From Gemmatimonadota bacterium (GTDB lineage Bacteria; JAAXHH01), in assembly GCA_009837395.1 (NCBI GenBank), contig VXTP01000030.1, positions 19,211 to 83,210 on the forward strand: a stretch of 64,000 nucleotides of DNA, given 5' to 3'. Below are positions 9,676-19,318 of the stretch, one piece after another; within the stretch, counting starts at the first letter, position 1; the number at the start of each line of letters is the position of its first letter. The position numbers and the translations under genes are program-made. The notes below the pieces were generated by a model. It was not told where the DNA came from. It did not search any database and worked only from the letters and a program-made list of their open reading frames with translations.

Positions 9676-10029
9676 GTGGGCAAGGTTCTCAGGTCATACG
9701 AGTTGCTGGAAGAACGCATGAAGGACATCTATTTCGATTTCTACCGGGAGACCTACCGGGAGGGTACGGCGCTCGACAACAAGACCAAGGAACTGATCGC
9801 CATCGCCGCCTCGCTGAGCGCCGGATGCCAGAACTGCCTGGAAGGTCATCTCAAGAAGGCCATGAAGTACGGCGCCGACGGCGCGGAAATCCGGGAAGCC
9901 GTGGCCATCGCCGTGGGGGTGGCGGCCGCCACGATCGTGGACCGCAGCGACCTGGCGAATTTCGAAATGAATTTCAACGAACTGCTCAAGAAAGCGGCCG
10001 GCTCCGAGAAGGCGGGCAGCAAGACCTGA
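9676..10029 (+). CDS. carboxymuconolactone decarboxylase (CMD/AhpD-like) family protein
   Basis: The 117-aa product has an AhpD-like CxxxH-type motif (AGCQNCLEGHLKKA). The GTG start follows a GGAGGA ribosome-binding site by 7 nt. Confidence 0.75.
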   Translation: MGKVLRSYELLEERMKDIYFDFYRETYREGTALDNKTKELIAIAASLSAGCQNCLEGHLKKAMKYGADGAEIREAVAIAVGVAAATIVDRSDLANFEMNFNELLKKAAGSEKAGSKT

Positions 10030-10063
10030 TATTCCAATTTCCGGAACCGGGTCGGATTCGACG

Positions 10064-10120
10064 ATCCGGGGGCTCGCTCTACGGCCATCCGGGGGCTCGC
10101 TCTTCGGCTATCCGGGAGTT
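10064..10120. repeat. 23-bp tandem repeat x2.5 (ATCCGGGGGCTCGCTCT(A/T)CGGC(C/T)) upstream of tlpA-like gene
   Basis: The units are direct and adjacent: 10064-10086, 10087-10109, and a partial copy at 10110-10120. The array is intergenic, 55 nt before the start at 10176. Confidence 0.8.
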
Positions 10121-10175
10121 CTAAATAACCAGGCGTGGTCGGAACGGTAAACGATCGGCTGAAGGGGAGGAAAGT

Positions 10176-10901
10176 GTGAAAAGAGTATATACAACGTTTT
10201 TATGCGCAATGTTTGCCGCGGCCTTTGTCCTGTCCAACGTACAGGCGCAGACCGCGGACCAGGGCCAGGAGCCCCTGACCGAGGACGAGCAGAAGATCGT
10301 CGCCTACATCATGAAGCAGGTCTCCGAATCCAAGGCCGGCAAGCCGAATTTCGGTCCGGAAACGGCCATGGCCGTATACAATGAGCTCGGGATCCAGGTG
10401 ACCCCAAACATGGTCCCCCGCGTCCGGGCGGCCGTCGTGGCCGAGTTGAAGGCCATCGAGGCCCGGCTCATGCTGAAGGAAGGCAGCACCGCGCCCGATT
10501 TCAACCTGCCGGTTCTGGGCGGCGGCGAGGCCAGTCTATCCGCCCTGAAGGGGAAGGTGGTCGTGGTGAACTTCTGGGCCACCTGGTGTCCTCCCTGCCT
10601 CGTGGAGATGCCGGTCCTGAACGGACTCTACGAGACTTACCGGGAACAGGGTGTTGAGGTACTGGGACTTTCTCTCGACGAAGAGGGGCTTCCCATCACG
10701 AAACCCTTCGTCGAAAAGCTGAAAGTAACCTATCCCATCGTGGAATCGGACCGGAAGACCTACCAGGCGTACGGAAACGTGCTTACCATACCCCACACCT
10801 TCGTCATCGATCGCGAAGGCACCGTATCGAAGCGGTTCGTCAACAACCAGACGAAAGATGCTTTCGAGGCCGCGATCAAGGCCGCGCTGGCGAAGAAGTA
10901 A
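10176..10901 (+). CDS. TlpA-like thiol:disulfide oxidoreductase (redoxin/thioredoxin fold), secreted
   Basis: It has a signal peptide and a WCPPC active site (NFWATWCPPCLVEMP). The GTG start follows a GGGGAGG ribosome-binding site. Confidence 0.85.
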   Translation: MKRVYTTFLCAMFAAAFVLSNVQAQTADQGQEPLTEDEQKIVAYIMKQVSESKAGKPNFGPETAMAVYNELGIQVTPNMVPRVRAAVVAELKAIEARLMLKEGSTAPDFNLPVLGGGEASLSALKGKVVVVNFWATWCPPCLVEMPVLNGLYETYREQGVEVLGLSLDEEGLPITKPFVEKLKVTYPIVESDRKTYQAYGNVLTIPHTFVIDREGTVSKRFVNNQTKDAFEAAIKAALAKK

Positions 10902-10956
10902 GCGGGCAGGTGTCCGGGGCTGAAAGGCCAGGCGCCGGGGCTGACACCAGGACCGC

Positions 10957-12057
10957 CTACCGGTCTCGGTCCGCTCTGTAGGTTTCCATCGCATCCATGT
11001 TCAGCGAGACGCCCAGGCCGGGCCGGTCGGACACACGGATCCGTCCGCCTTCGATCCTTTCCGGCGGTTCGATGAGTTCGTGTCTCCACGGCACCTCTCC
11101 CCAGGCGTATTCCAGGACCTGAAACTCCGGATGGGCGGCCATGGCCTGCACGCCCGCCGCGATGGTCAACGGCCCGAAGGGTCCGTGCGGCGCGGTCGGA
11201 ATACCCCGGCCCTCCGCCATGGCGGCGACCTTCTTCAGTTCCCATAACCCACCCACGATCGTCACGTCCGGCATGATGACGTCCATCAGCCCCTGGTCCA
11301 GGACGGGCCAGAACCCCTCACGGTACATCAGGCTCTCGCCTCCTGCCAGCGGTACGTCGATGTGATCTTTAACGGTCCTGTAGCCTTCGTGGTCTTCGTC
11401 GGGCACGGGTTCCTCGTACCAGTACAGGTCCAGATCCCTGAGCGCGTCGAAGACCTCGCACCCGCCCCGGGCGGTGAAGTGGCTGTGGCAGTCGATCAGC
11501 AGGGACACGTCCGGACCGATCGCGGCGCGCACCGCTTCCATGCAGGCGATGCCCTCCCGGGCGTCCGAAGCCCGGTCGATGCCGGCAGGCATCCCGTCGA
11601 AGGGCGCGAGTTTCACGGCGTCGAATCCGTCCGCGACCGCGGCGGCCGCGTTCCGGGCGAACCCCGCGGGCGTGCGGTCGGTGGTGGCCCGGTTGATGTT
11701 GGCGTAGAGGGGGATCTCATCGCGGAAACGACCCCCGATGAGGTCGGCCGCCGGCACGCCCAGGACCTTGCCCTTGATGTCCCACAGGGCCTGGTCCAGG
11801 GCGCTCAACGCCATCACTTTAGGCCGGTCGACATGCGAAGGGAGGAGATCAGCCAGGATGCGTTCGATGGCGCCGGGATCGCGGCCGGCCAGCACGGGTT
11901 CGACCTGCTGCAGGAAGTCCACGCTCCCGGATCGCGCGCCCCCGGGATTCACCTCGCCATAACCGGTGATCCCCTTGTCGGTGTGCACCGCAAGGAACGT
12001 CCAGTCTCCCCGGTGATTCACGTGGACGGCGTGGGTCTGCAGGGCGGTTATCTTCAT
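10957..12057 (-). CDS. enolase-superfamily enzyme (mandelate racemase/muconate lactonizing enzyme family; acid-sugar dehydratase-like)
   Basis: It has the ALWDIKGKVLGVP (KxK) motif, a TIM-barrel metal-ligand region (LIDCHSH, YEEP) and is 366 aa. Confidence 0.85.
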   Translation of the reverse strand: MKITALQTHAVHVNHRGDWTFLAVHTDKGITGYGEVNPGGARSGSVDFLQQVEPVLAGRDPGAIERILADLLPSHVDRPKVMALSALDQALWDIKGKVLGVPAADLIGGRFRDEIPLYANINRATTDRTPAGFARNAAAAVADGFDAVKLAPFDGMPAGIDRASDAREGIACMEAVRAAIGPDVSLLIDCHSHFTARGGCEVFDALRDLDLYWYEEPVPDEDHEGYRTVKDHIDVPLAGGESLMYREGFWPVLDQGLMDVIMPDVTIVGGLWELKKVAAMAEGRGIPTAPHGPFGPLTIAAGVQAMAAHPEFQVLEYAWGEVPWRHELIEPPERIEGGRIRVSDRPGLGVSLNMDAMETYRADRDR

Positions 12058-12104
12058 GGTCTAACGCTACATTCTGTCATTGATTACGGCAACGCATTTG
12101 TTTA

Positions 12105-12173
12105 TATAACGCCTTGGCCGGGCCGTCTATAACGCCTTGGCCGGGGCGCCTATATTGCCTTGGCCGGGCCGGT
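12105..12173. repeat. 23-bp tandem repeat x3 (TATAACGCCTTGGCCGGGCCGTC) in divergent promoter region
   Basis: The units are at 12105-12127, 12128-12150 and 12151-12173. The array lies between the enolase-family gene (minus, start 12057) and the SDR gene (plus, start 12279). Confidence 0.85.
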
Positions 12174-12278
12174 GGTATTTGGTATCCTGCGGCCCAGGCA
12201 GCGTATCAGCAAAAAGAATTACATAACCAAACAGAAGTCCGACAGCCGACAACGAGTTTGTTAGACGAAGGGAGTGGC

Positions 12279-12983
12279 ATGAGTGCGCAACGCGTAGCGG
12301 TCATCACGGGAGCGGGACGCGGCATGGGAGCCGCCATCGCGAGGAACCTGGCCGGCCAGGGGTGGGCCGTATCGCTGCTGTCCCCCTCCGGGGCGGCGGA
12401 ATCACTCGCCGGTGAACTGGGCGGCATCGGCGTAACAGGGTCCGTCACGGACGAGGACGACCTGCGGAAACTGGTGGACCTGACCATGGACGCCCACGGA
12501 CGCATCGACGGCGTCGTCAACAGCACGGGACATCCGCCCAAGGGCGATCTCCTGGACATACCGGACGAAGACTGGCACGAGGGACTGGACATCGTGTTCC
12601 TCAACGTGGTGCGCATGACGCGCCTCGTCACCCCGATCATGACGGACCAGGGCGGCGGATCGATCGTAAACATCTCCACTTACGCCACCTTCGAACCGGA
12701 ACATTACTTTCCCGTTTCGACCGCCTTTCGGGCGGCCCTGGCGAGTTATACGAAGATCTACGCGGACAACCATGCCGGGGACAACATCCGGATGAACAAC
12801 ATCCTGCCGGGGTTCATCAACAGCCTCCCGGAATCGGAGGCCTTCAGGTCGCGCATTCCCATGGGACGTTACGGCACCGTGGAAGAGATCGCGGAAACGG
12901 CCGCTTTCCTGCTGTCGCCCGGAGCCGGCTATATCACCGGGCAGAACCTGCGCGTCGACGGGGGCATCACGCGTTCGGTCTAA
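12279..12983 (+). CDS. SDR family oxidoreductase
   Basis: The N-terminus VAVITGAGRGMGAAIA carries TGxxxGxG, with an NSTG and Y..K catalytic region. I used the internal ATG at 12279, which has a GAAGGGAG ribosome-binding site. The upstream track extension spans the repeat region. Confidence 0.85.
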   Translation: MSAQRVAVITGAGRGMGAAIARNLAGQGWAVSLLSPSGAAESLAGELGGIGVTGSVTDEDDLRKLVDLTMDAHGRIDGVVNSTGHPPKGDLLDIPDEDWHEGLDIVFLNVVRMTRLVTPIMTDQGGGSIVNISTYATFEPEHYFPVSTAFRAALASYTKIYADNHAGDNIRMNNILPGFINSLPESEAFRSRIPMGRYGTVEEIAETAAFLLSPGAGYITGQNLRVDGGITRSV

Positions 12984-12998
12984 GCGATCCACTCGTCG

Positions 12999-13754
12999 AT
13001 GGAGAGGGAGCTCATGGAACAGGCCGACCTGGCGTTCTTTCGTCAGAACGGATTCATCAACCTTGGTAAGGTCCTCGCGGACGAAGAGGTGGATCGTTTT
13101 CGCGATCTCTTCGACGAAGACCGCCGCAAGTTCCCCTATTTCTGGCATCCCTACGGCCACCACCAGGAGGCCAACTACGACGCCCTCGTCACCACGCCTG
13201 CCTTCGACGACCTGATCCGCCATCCCGCCATCTACGGCACCATCGAGGAACTGATGGGCGGTCCGCTCTGTTTCGGAGAGATCGGGCTGCGGTCCATGGG
13301 ACCGTACAAGGGCGAGTTCCACCAGCGCTGGCACCGTGACAAGGCCCACTGGCTCGACCATCCCCTCCGCATGGACTACATCCAGCTCATGGTCTATTTC
13401 ACCGACGTGGACGAGGATACCCACTGCTTCTCCATCTCGCCCGAAGGGGTCGATCAGCCTGTCCTGAAGGAGAGTAGCGCACAACTGGAGCGGGGTGTCT
13501 ACGACCTCCACGGGCCGGCGGGTACCTGCGCCTTGTTCAACGTATCGGTGCTCCACACGGCCACCACGCGTCCCACGCGGGCCGTGCGGAAGACCGCCCA
13601 GATCTACTACGGCCACCGGGACCGGGCACCGCTGGCCAATGATTCGGGGATACCCGCCACCCTCTGGCGGGACAGCGACGACCCGGAAACCCGGGCCTTC
13701 TATGGCGTCCTGAACGAACGCACTAAGCTCTACATGGCGGCTTTTGGGGGGTAG
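12999..13754 (+). CDS. phytanoyl-CoA dioxygenase (PhyH) family Fe(II)/2-oxoglutarate oxygenase
   Basis: The WHRD..H motifs (HQRWHRDKAHW..H) are typical of PhyH. An alternative start at 13014 has a GGAGAGGGAG ribosome-binding site. The gene follows the SDR gene after a 15-nt gap. Confidence 0.8.
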   Translation: MERELMEQADLAFFRQNGFINLGKVLADEEVDRFRDLFDEDRRKFPYFWHPYGHHQEANYDALVTTPAFDDLIRHPAIYGTIEELMGGPLCFGEIGLRSMGPYKGEFHQRWHRDKAHWLDHPLRMDYIQLMVYFTDVDEDTHCFSISPEGVDQPVLKESSAQLERGVYDLHGPAGTCALFNVSVLHTATTRPTRAVRKTAQIYYGHRDRAPLANDSGIPATLWRDSDDPETRAFYGVLNERTKLYMAAFGG

Positions 13755-13771
13755 GCGGGAACGTCCTGCGA

Positions 13772-14194
13772 TCAGACGAACTCCAGATCTCCTGCGTCAT
13801 TGACCCGCCGATAGTAGCAACCGGTCCGGTACTGGCCATCGCTGTCCTTCGTATGACAAGCACCGCCGCCCTGGGGCGTCACGAGAAAGACCACGGAATT
13901 CTGCTCGCAGTTAATGCGGACTTCATCGATTCCCAGCGCATTTCCCGATGTGGCGCCCTTGACCCACAGCTCGTTACGCGACGTGCTCCAGAACGTGGCG
14001 ATCCCGGTCTTCAGGGATTCGTCCAGGGCCAGGCGGTTGATGTAGGCCAGGATCAATACTTCCTTCGTAGACGAATCCTGCACGACTACCGGCAGGACGT
14101 CCTCCTCGATGCCCGCGATCTGCCTGAGTTTCGAGAAATCGAGGGATTCCTTCGATCCCTCTTCCAGGTGATCGGATCCTGATGATGTCGCCAT
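13772..14194 (-). CDS. hisI: phosphoribosyl-AMP cyclohydrolase
   Basis: The 140-aa product reads VVQDSSTKEVLILAYINRLALDESLKTGIATFWSTSRNELWVKGATSG, which matches the HisI signature. Confidence 0.85.
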   Translation of the reverse strand: MATSSGSDHLEEGSKESLDFSKLRQIAGIEEDVLPVVVQDSSTKEVLILAYINRLALDESLKTGIATFWSTSRNELWVKGATSGNALGIDEVRINCEQNSVVFLVTPQGGGACHTKDSDGQYRTGCYYRRVNDAGDLEFV

Positions 14195-14204
14195 GGTTTC
14201 TCCA

Positions 14205-14241
14205 AGTATCTACAAAGTGTCTACAGAGTATCTACAAAGTG
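14205..14241. repeat. imperfect 12-13-bp tandem repeat x3 (GTATCTACAAAGT) just upstream of hisI
   Basis: The sequence is agtatctacaaagtg-tctacagag-tatctacaaagtg. It begins 11 nt upstream of the hisI ATG on the minus strand. Confidence 0.7.
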
Positions 14242-14298
14242 CGGTTGTGAGAGAGCGGCGCAGGGATATACGGGCAGATTAAATGCGCCTGTGATCTG

Positions 14299-15045
14299 TT
14301 ATTGCAAATGATCGTCCGCCGCATGGCGGGCGCCGACGCCCTTCTGCATGCGCATAAGCTGCTTCTGTCGGGGTGAAAGCCCTTCGAACCACTCGTCCCG
14401 GAAACCATCGTGGGGATCGAGCTGGAAGAGGAGCATGGACTTGCGGTAATGCCCGAACAGGGCGTGGCGGTTGCGGTCGGTGGTATTCGCTCCGCCGCCG
14501 TGCCAGCACTGTCCGTTGAAGATCAGCACGCTGCCCTCGGAAGCCTCGGGTTGATACACGTGCGGCACTTCCATGCCCTCCGGCGGACCCGCCCATCCGC
14601 TCTTGTGTGAACCGGGGACGATGCGCGTGCCGCCGATCGCCGCGTCGAAATCGTCCAGCATCCAGACGGTGTTCATCATCACGGGGGAAACCGGGTTCAA
14701 CATGTGCTGGGGTATGTCGCTGTGGAAGTCCTGGTAGCCGTCCCCCGGACGCACGATGCGTGAACTCAGGCTGCCCAGCACCAGGGTCTTGTCCAACATC
14801 CTCTCCAGGATGGGCAGCACGACGGGGTGATCGACGATCTGGAGAAACACCGGGTCGAGCGTGGGCAGGTTCCGCACCAGCAGCGACGTGCCCCCGCGGT
14901 TCTCGTAACCGGCCTCGCCGTGTGCCGCGGCTACGCGGATCAATGACTCGCGAAGCTCACGTACCTGGGATGCTGTCAGCACATCGGGCAACAGAGTGAA
15001 GCCGAAGGTGTTGATTTCGGCGAGGGCCTGATCGAAGGCATCCAT
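14299..15045 (-). CDS. phytanoyl-CoA dioxygenase (PhyH) family oxygenase
   Basis: It has a H-x-D...H facial-triad context (DFHSDIP, HGGG) and is 248 aa. Its start overlaps the stop of the upstream DLH gene by 1 nt (TGATG). Confidence 0.8.
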   Translation of the reverse strand: MDAFDQALAEINTFGFTLLPDVLTASQVRELRESLIRVAAAHGEAGYENRGGTSLLVRNLPTLDPVFLQIVDHPVVLPILERMLDKTLVLGSLSSRIVRPGDGYQDFHSDIPQHMLNPVSPVMMNTVWMLDDFDAAIGGTRIVPGSHKSGWAGPPEGMEVPHVYQPEASEGSVLIFNGQCWHGGGANTTDRNRHALFGHYRKSMLLFQLDPHDGFRDEWFEGLSPRQKQLMRMQKGVGARHAADDHLQ

Positions 15046-15899
15046 CAGTCGCTTCCGATGGTGCGCTTGAGATAGGCCTTCAACCGCTCCCAGGCGTCCA
15101 GCGCGGGTTCCTCGTTCTTCGGATCGCGCTCCACGTACAGCCAGAACCCGTGGTTGACGTCGTCGTAGATGTGCACGTCGTTCTCCACGCCGGCCTGGCG
15201 GAGCGCGGCGACGAAGCCTTCCACCTGTTCGGGGGAGGGGCCGCGGTCGAGTCCGGCGAAGGTGCCGTAGACCTCGTGGTGTATGGCGCTCAGCCTTTCG
15301 GGATCGTCGAGCAGGCGCCCGTAAAAGATGGCGGTGGCGTCATGGTTCTCGCCGCCCAGGGCGTAGCTCAGGGCGACCCCGCCGCCGTAGCACCAGCCCA
15401 TGGCACCGATCTTGCCGTTCACGTCCGGCCGCGATCTCAGGTAGGCTGCCGCCGCGTCCAGGTTGCGGATGATCTTGTCCATGTCGGCCAGCGTTTCCCG
15501 CACGAGCGCCATGTTCTCGTCGCGGTTGCTCCCCGTCCGGCCCGAATACAGATCGGCCGCCAGGGCGACGTAGCCCTCCGCGGCCAGCGCGTCGGCCACC
15601 TGCCTTACGCGGTCCACCAGGCCGTTCCATTCGTGGATCAGGATGACGGCGCCCCGGGGACCCGGCCCTTCCGGCTCGGCGAGATAACCCCTGGTCGCCT
15701 GGTCTTCATCGAAATAAGCCAGGTCGCCGCCGCGGGGCGCGCCGGCCTCGCCGAGAATGGCATCGGGGATCTCGCCCTCGGTCGTCGGCGCGTGCGGTAT
15801 CTGCTGCCCGTGGATCGCCAGTGCCGCAACGGCGAGGATGATGAACGCAGCGAACGAAAAAGGCATCGAAATTCGCCTGCTGGATGTTATTCCGGCCAT
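15045..15899 (-). CDS. dienelactone hydrolase family protein, secreted (alternative start 15866 MPFSF..)
   Basis: It has an alpha/beta-hydrolase GWCYGG nucleophile elbow and DLH-like ILIHEWNG. The N-terminus MAGITSSRRISMPFSFAAFIILAVAALA is signal-like with an RR. The 349-aa track ORF is trimmed. Confidence 0.75.
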   Translation of the reverse strand: MAGITSSRRISMPFSFAAFIILAVAALAIHGQQIPHAPTTEGEIPDAILGEAGAPRGGDLAYFDEDQATRGYLAEPEGPGPRGAVILIHEWNGLVDRVRQVADALAAEGYVALAADLYSGRTGSNRDENMALVRETLADMDKIIRNLDAAAAYLRSRPDVNGKIGAMGWCYGGGVALSYALGGENHDATAIFYGRLLDDPERLSAIHHEVYGTFAGLDRGPSPEQVEGFVAALRQAGVENDVHIYDDVNHGFWLYVERDPKNEEPALDAWERLKAYLKRTIGSD

Positions 15900-16083
15900 G
15901 ATGTTAACCCCTCTTTCAAACCGGGAGGCCCCGCTCCGAGAATACGGATCGAAAGCCCCGCGGGTATTTACTGTTTTCCATGCACGACGAGTTTCAATAT
16001 ACTTATCGAAACGAAGCGAATCAATCGTGAAATCCTTCGAGATAACCACCTTCCCTATCACGTATTTCCCCGCGGGAGACCCC

Positions 16084-16839
16084 ATGAAAAACAAACTGAA
16101 AGAGAAGCTGCGAAACGGCGAAGTTACCTACGGCATATCCGTCGGCACGCCCTGTAACGACATCGTGGAGCTGGCGTCTAACCTGGCCTTCGACTGGATA
16201 TGGTTCGATGGCGAACACGGCCCGTTGAATACAGAGATCCTTCATCCCATGATCCAGGCGACCCGGGGCCGGGACGTCACCCCGCTCGTCCGCGTGCCGT
16301 GGAACGACATGGTGCATATCAAGAAGGCGCTGGACATCGGGGCGGAAGGCCTGATCATTCCCTGGGTCAACAACCGGGAGCAGGCGGAGTACGCCGTCCG
16401 CTCGGCCAAGTATCCGCCCATGGGCATCCGCGGAATGGGTGCCCGCTTCCTCAATACCGCCGGACTCGATCTGGCCGAATACCTCCGCACCGCCAACGAA
16501 GAAACGTTCATCATGGTCCAGATCGAAACGGTCGAAGCCGTGGAGAACATGGACGACATACTCACCACGCCCGGCGTCGACGCTTTCCTGGTCGGACCGA
16601 ACGACCTCGCGGCCTCCCATGGCTACGTGGGCCAGCCGACGCATCCGGAGATGGAAAAGATCGTCAAGGGAATCATGGACCGTGGAAAGGAACTCGGCGT
16701 GCCTGGCGGATACGCGTTCATCTCGAAGGACGCCAACCGGAAGCGGATCGCGGAGGGCTTCCAGTGGATCACCCTCGGAAGCGATATGGGGTTCCTGGCC
16801 CAGGCGGCCCGGGCGGCGCTCGCCGAGGTGGGCAGGTAG
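16084..16839 (+). CDS. HpcH/HpaI family 2-keto-3-deoxy-acid aldolase
   Basis: The sequence MKNKLKEKLRNGEVTYGISVGTP..VRVPWND..IETVEAVENMDDI..GPNDL fits the HpcH/HpaI family. I used the internal ATG at 16084. The upstream track extension crosses an AT-rich divergent promoter. Confidence 0.85.
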   Translation: MKNKLKEKLRNGEVTYGISVGTPCNDIVELASNLAFDWIWFDGEHGPLNTEILHPMIQATRGRDVTPLVRVPWNDMVHIKKALDIGAEGLIIPWVNNREQAEYAVRSAKYPPMGIRGMGARFLNTAGLDLAEYLRTANEETFIMVQIETVEAVENMDDILTTPGVDAFLVGPNDLAASHGYVGQPTHPEMEKIVKGIMDRGKELGVPGGYAFISKDANRKRIAEGFQWITLGSDMGFLAQAARAALAEVGR

Positions 16840-16848
16840 CCTATCGGA

Positions 16849-18192
16849 TCAGTCCCCGTTCCGGTCTTTCGAAAGCCGGCGGCGAATGGCCATGGCGTGG
16901 GCAGACAGGCCTTCGGCTTCGGCAAGCCGGATCGCGGCCGGCCCCAACCGTTTTTCCGCCTTTTCGTTAACGGCGAACAGACTGGTGATCTTCAGGAAAT
17001 CCCGGACGCTCAAGGGAGAATGGAACCGGGCGCTGCCCCCGGTGGGCATGATGTGGCTGGGACCGGTGACATAGTCGCCCAGGGCCTCGGAGGAATGCTC
17101 ACCCACGAAGATCCCCCCGGCGTTTTGAATCCCGTCCACCAGCGGCCAGGGATCCGCCACCAGCAGGCACAGGTGCTCCGGCGCGTAGCTGTTTGCCAGT
17201 TCGCACGCCTCTACCAGGTCCGATACGAGCACGATCCCTCCGTTCCGTGCCAGGGAGGAACGGATAATGTCCGCCCGGTCCAGCTCGGAAAGTTGCTCCT
17301 CCACGGCCTGTTGCACCGCCAGGGCCAGCGCGGACGACGGCGTGATCAGTATGGCGCTCGCCATCGTATCGTGCTCGGCCTGCGCCAGCAGGTCGGCCGC
17401 CGCGAGGTCCGGACCGGCCGTCTCGTCGGCGATGAGCAGGGTCTCGGTGGGGCCGGCGAGCTGGTCGATATCCACGATACCGTACACCTGGCGCTTGGCC
17501 AGAGTCACGAAGACGTTTCCCGGCCCCACGATCTTGTCGACATGGGGAACCGTTTCGGTGCCATGGGCTATCGCCGCGATCGCCTGGGGCCCGCCGATCC
17601 GGTAGACCGCGTCCGCGCCCGCCACGGAAGCCGCGGCCAGCACGGCGGATGGCACCGCGCCGTCCCTTCCGGGCGGCGTGACCACGACGACCTCCCGGAC
17701 GCCCGCGACCCGGGCGGGGATCACGGCCATCAGCAGCGAGGAGGGATAGGCCGCGCCACCGCCGGGCACGTAGACGCCCACCCGGTCCAGCGGCCGGACG
17801 ATCTGGCCGGTTCCACCCTCTTCGTCCCAGTGCGTCCAGGACCCGGCCGACTGCCGCCCGTGAAAAGTCCGTATGCGGCCGGCCGCGGTCTCCAGGGCAT
17901 CGAGCAACCCGGAAGGCAGCGATGCGGCCACCTCGTCGATTTCGGATCGGGGGACCTCGAAAGTGTCCGGGGCGCTTCCGTCCAGCAGACGGGCGTACTT
18001 CCTGATCGCATCATCCCCGTTGTCTCTAACGTCGTTGACGATGCGGGCTACTGCCTGTTCCGCCGTCAGGGGCTCGCCGAAGAGTTCCCGGTTCCGCGCT
18101 TCGATCTCCGGCGTGTGCATGGCTTCGTTCAGCGGCCGCCGCCGCAGGATGCTCGACCCGGCCTCTTCGGCGGACAGTATCCGGATGTTCAT
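16849..18192 (-). CDS. hisD: histidinol dehydrogenase
   Basis: [36 protein letters not shown] is the HisD signature, and the 447 aa length fits. Confidence 0.9.
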   Translation of the reverse strand: MNIRILSAEEAGSSILRRRPLNEAMHTPEIEARNRELFGEPLTAEQAVARIVNDVRDNGDDAIRKYARLLDGSAPDTFEVPRSEIDEVAASLPSGLLDALETAAGRIRTFHGRQSAGSWTHWDEEGGTGQIVRPLDRVGVYVPGGGAAYPSSLLMAVIPARVAGVREVVVVTPPGRDGAVPSAVLAAASVAGADAVYRIGGPQAIAAIAHGTETVPHVDKIVGPGNVFVTLAKRQVYGIVDIDQLAGPTETLLIADETAGPDLAAADLLAQAEHDTMASAILITPSSALALAVQQAVEEQLSELDRADIIRSSLARNGGIVLVSDLVEACELANSYAPEHLCLLVADPWPLVDGIQNAGGIFVGEHSSEALGDYVTGPSHIMPTGGSARFHSPLSVRDFLKITSLFAVNEKAEKRLGPAAIRLAEAEGLSAHAMAIRRRLSKDRNGD

Positions 18193-18211
18193 CTTCCCCT
18201 CACTGGTTTGT

Positions 18212-19264
18212 TCATGAGGTATTCCTCGTCGCGGTCCTCAGTGGCGCCAGCGCCTCGAGTATGGGACCACAACCGAATTTCACGCAGTCCGTCGCCGGGA
18301 GCCCGGTCTCCCCTTCGACCCGGTCCACTTCCCGCCTGGCATCGTCCATGGACATGCCGAAGCAGTTGAGCGATACGGCCACGACACGGCACGGGAACAG
18401 GGGCCGGGCAATGTTCTCGTGGGCGGTTATCATCTCCGCGTAGGACGGCACGGCCACGGGAAGGTTGCGCATCACTTCCCTCCCCGGCTGATGACACAGT
18501 ACCAGGGCCTGCGGGGCCGCCCCGTGAAGCAGACCGAGCGATACGCCCGAATAGGAAGGATGCAGAATCGTACCCTGCCCTTCGATGACCAGCAGTTCCC
18601 GATGCTTGCGTTCCAGCACGAGTCTTTCCACCGCGCCCGAGATGTAGTCCGCCGCCACGGTATCCACCGCGATGCCCGATCCGGCGATCATGATGCCGGT
18701 CTGCCCGGTAGCCACGAACTCGGCGTCCCAGCCTGCCTCGCGGGCCGCGCGGTCGATTTCGATCGCGGCGATCTTCTTGCCGATGCTGGAGTCGGCGCCG
18801 ACGGTCAGCACACGCAGGTTGGGGAGGGCGTGGGCCAGGTGCCGCCCCACGTCCAGGTCTCCGGGCGGCTGCCGCACGTCCCACAACCGCACGCCTTTCC
18901 GCCCGGCATGCCGGGCGAACGCCTCGTCCTCGTTGAGAAAAGTATGCAGCCCGTTTACCACCTCGAGCCCGTGCTCGATGGCCTCATGGATGACTTCCCG
19001 CCAGGCGTCGGGCAAAACGCCCCCCGGCGTCGCGATGCCGATGACCAGCGACGTCGGTTCGAAGGTCATCGCATCCTGCAGGGTCGAAACGACCGGGATG
19101 CCCTTACCCACCTCGAGCACGTCTTCGAGTTTCCTTCCGGCGTGCACGCTGTCGAGCACCGCCACGGTCTCGTCGGACTTGTAGCGGACCAGTGACGCGG
19201 CCGTCTTGGAGGAGAACGTGCCCAGTTGGCCCTCGGTGAGAATGACCATTCGCCTGAATTGCAT
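18212..19264 (-). CDS. DUF1611 domain protein (Rossmann-like N-domain plus P-loop-like C-domain)
   Basis: The 350-aa product has the VILTEGQ..KTA..LVRY architecture typical of DUF1611. Its start codon lies inside repeat unit 1. Confidence 0.7.
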   Translation of the reverse strand: MQFRRMVILTEGQLGTFSSKTAASLVRYKSDETVAVLDSVHAGRKLEDVLEVGKGIPVVSTLQDAMTFEPTSLVIGIATPGGVLPDAWREVIHEAIEHGLEVVNGLHTFLNEDEAFARHAGRKGVRLWDVRQPPGDLDVGRHLAHALPNLRVLTVGADSSIGKKIAAIEIDRAAREAGWDAEFVATGQTGIMIAGSGIAVDTVAADYISGAVERLVLERKHRELLVIEGQGTILHPSYSGVSLGLLHGAAPQALVLCHQPGREVMRNLPVAVPSYAEMITAHENIARPLFPCRVVAVSLNCFGMSMDDARREVDRVEGETGLPATDCVKFGCGPILEALAPLRTATRNTS

Positions 19265-19309
19265 GTTATTCGCCTGAGTTGCGAATTACTCGCCTGGGTT
19301 GCGAATTCC
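19248..19309. repeat. 21-bp tandem repeat x3 (ATTCGCCTGARTTGCRAATTA) spanning DUF1611 start
   Basis: The units are at 19248-19267, 19268-19289 and 19290-19309. The ATG at 19262-19264 falls within unit 1. Confidence 0.8.
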
Positions 19310-19318
19310 CGCCGATCC

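Noticed and set aside
16035-16056. GTTTC-N12-GAAAC imperfect palindrome in the DLH/HpcH divergent promoter
   Set aside because: It has only 5-bp arms with mismatched interior. This is too weak to call an operator.
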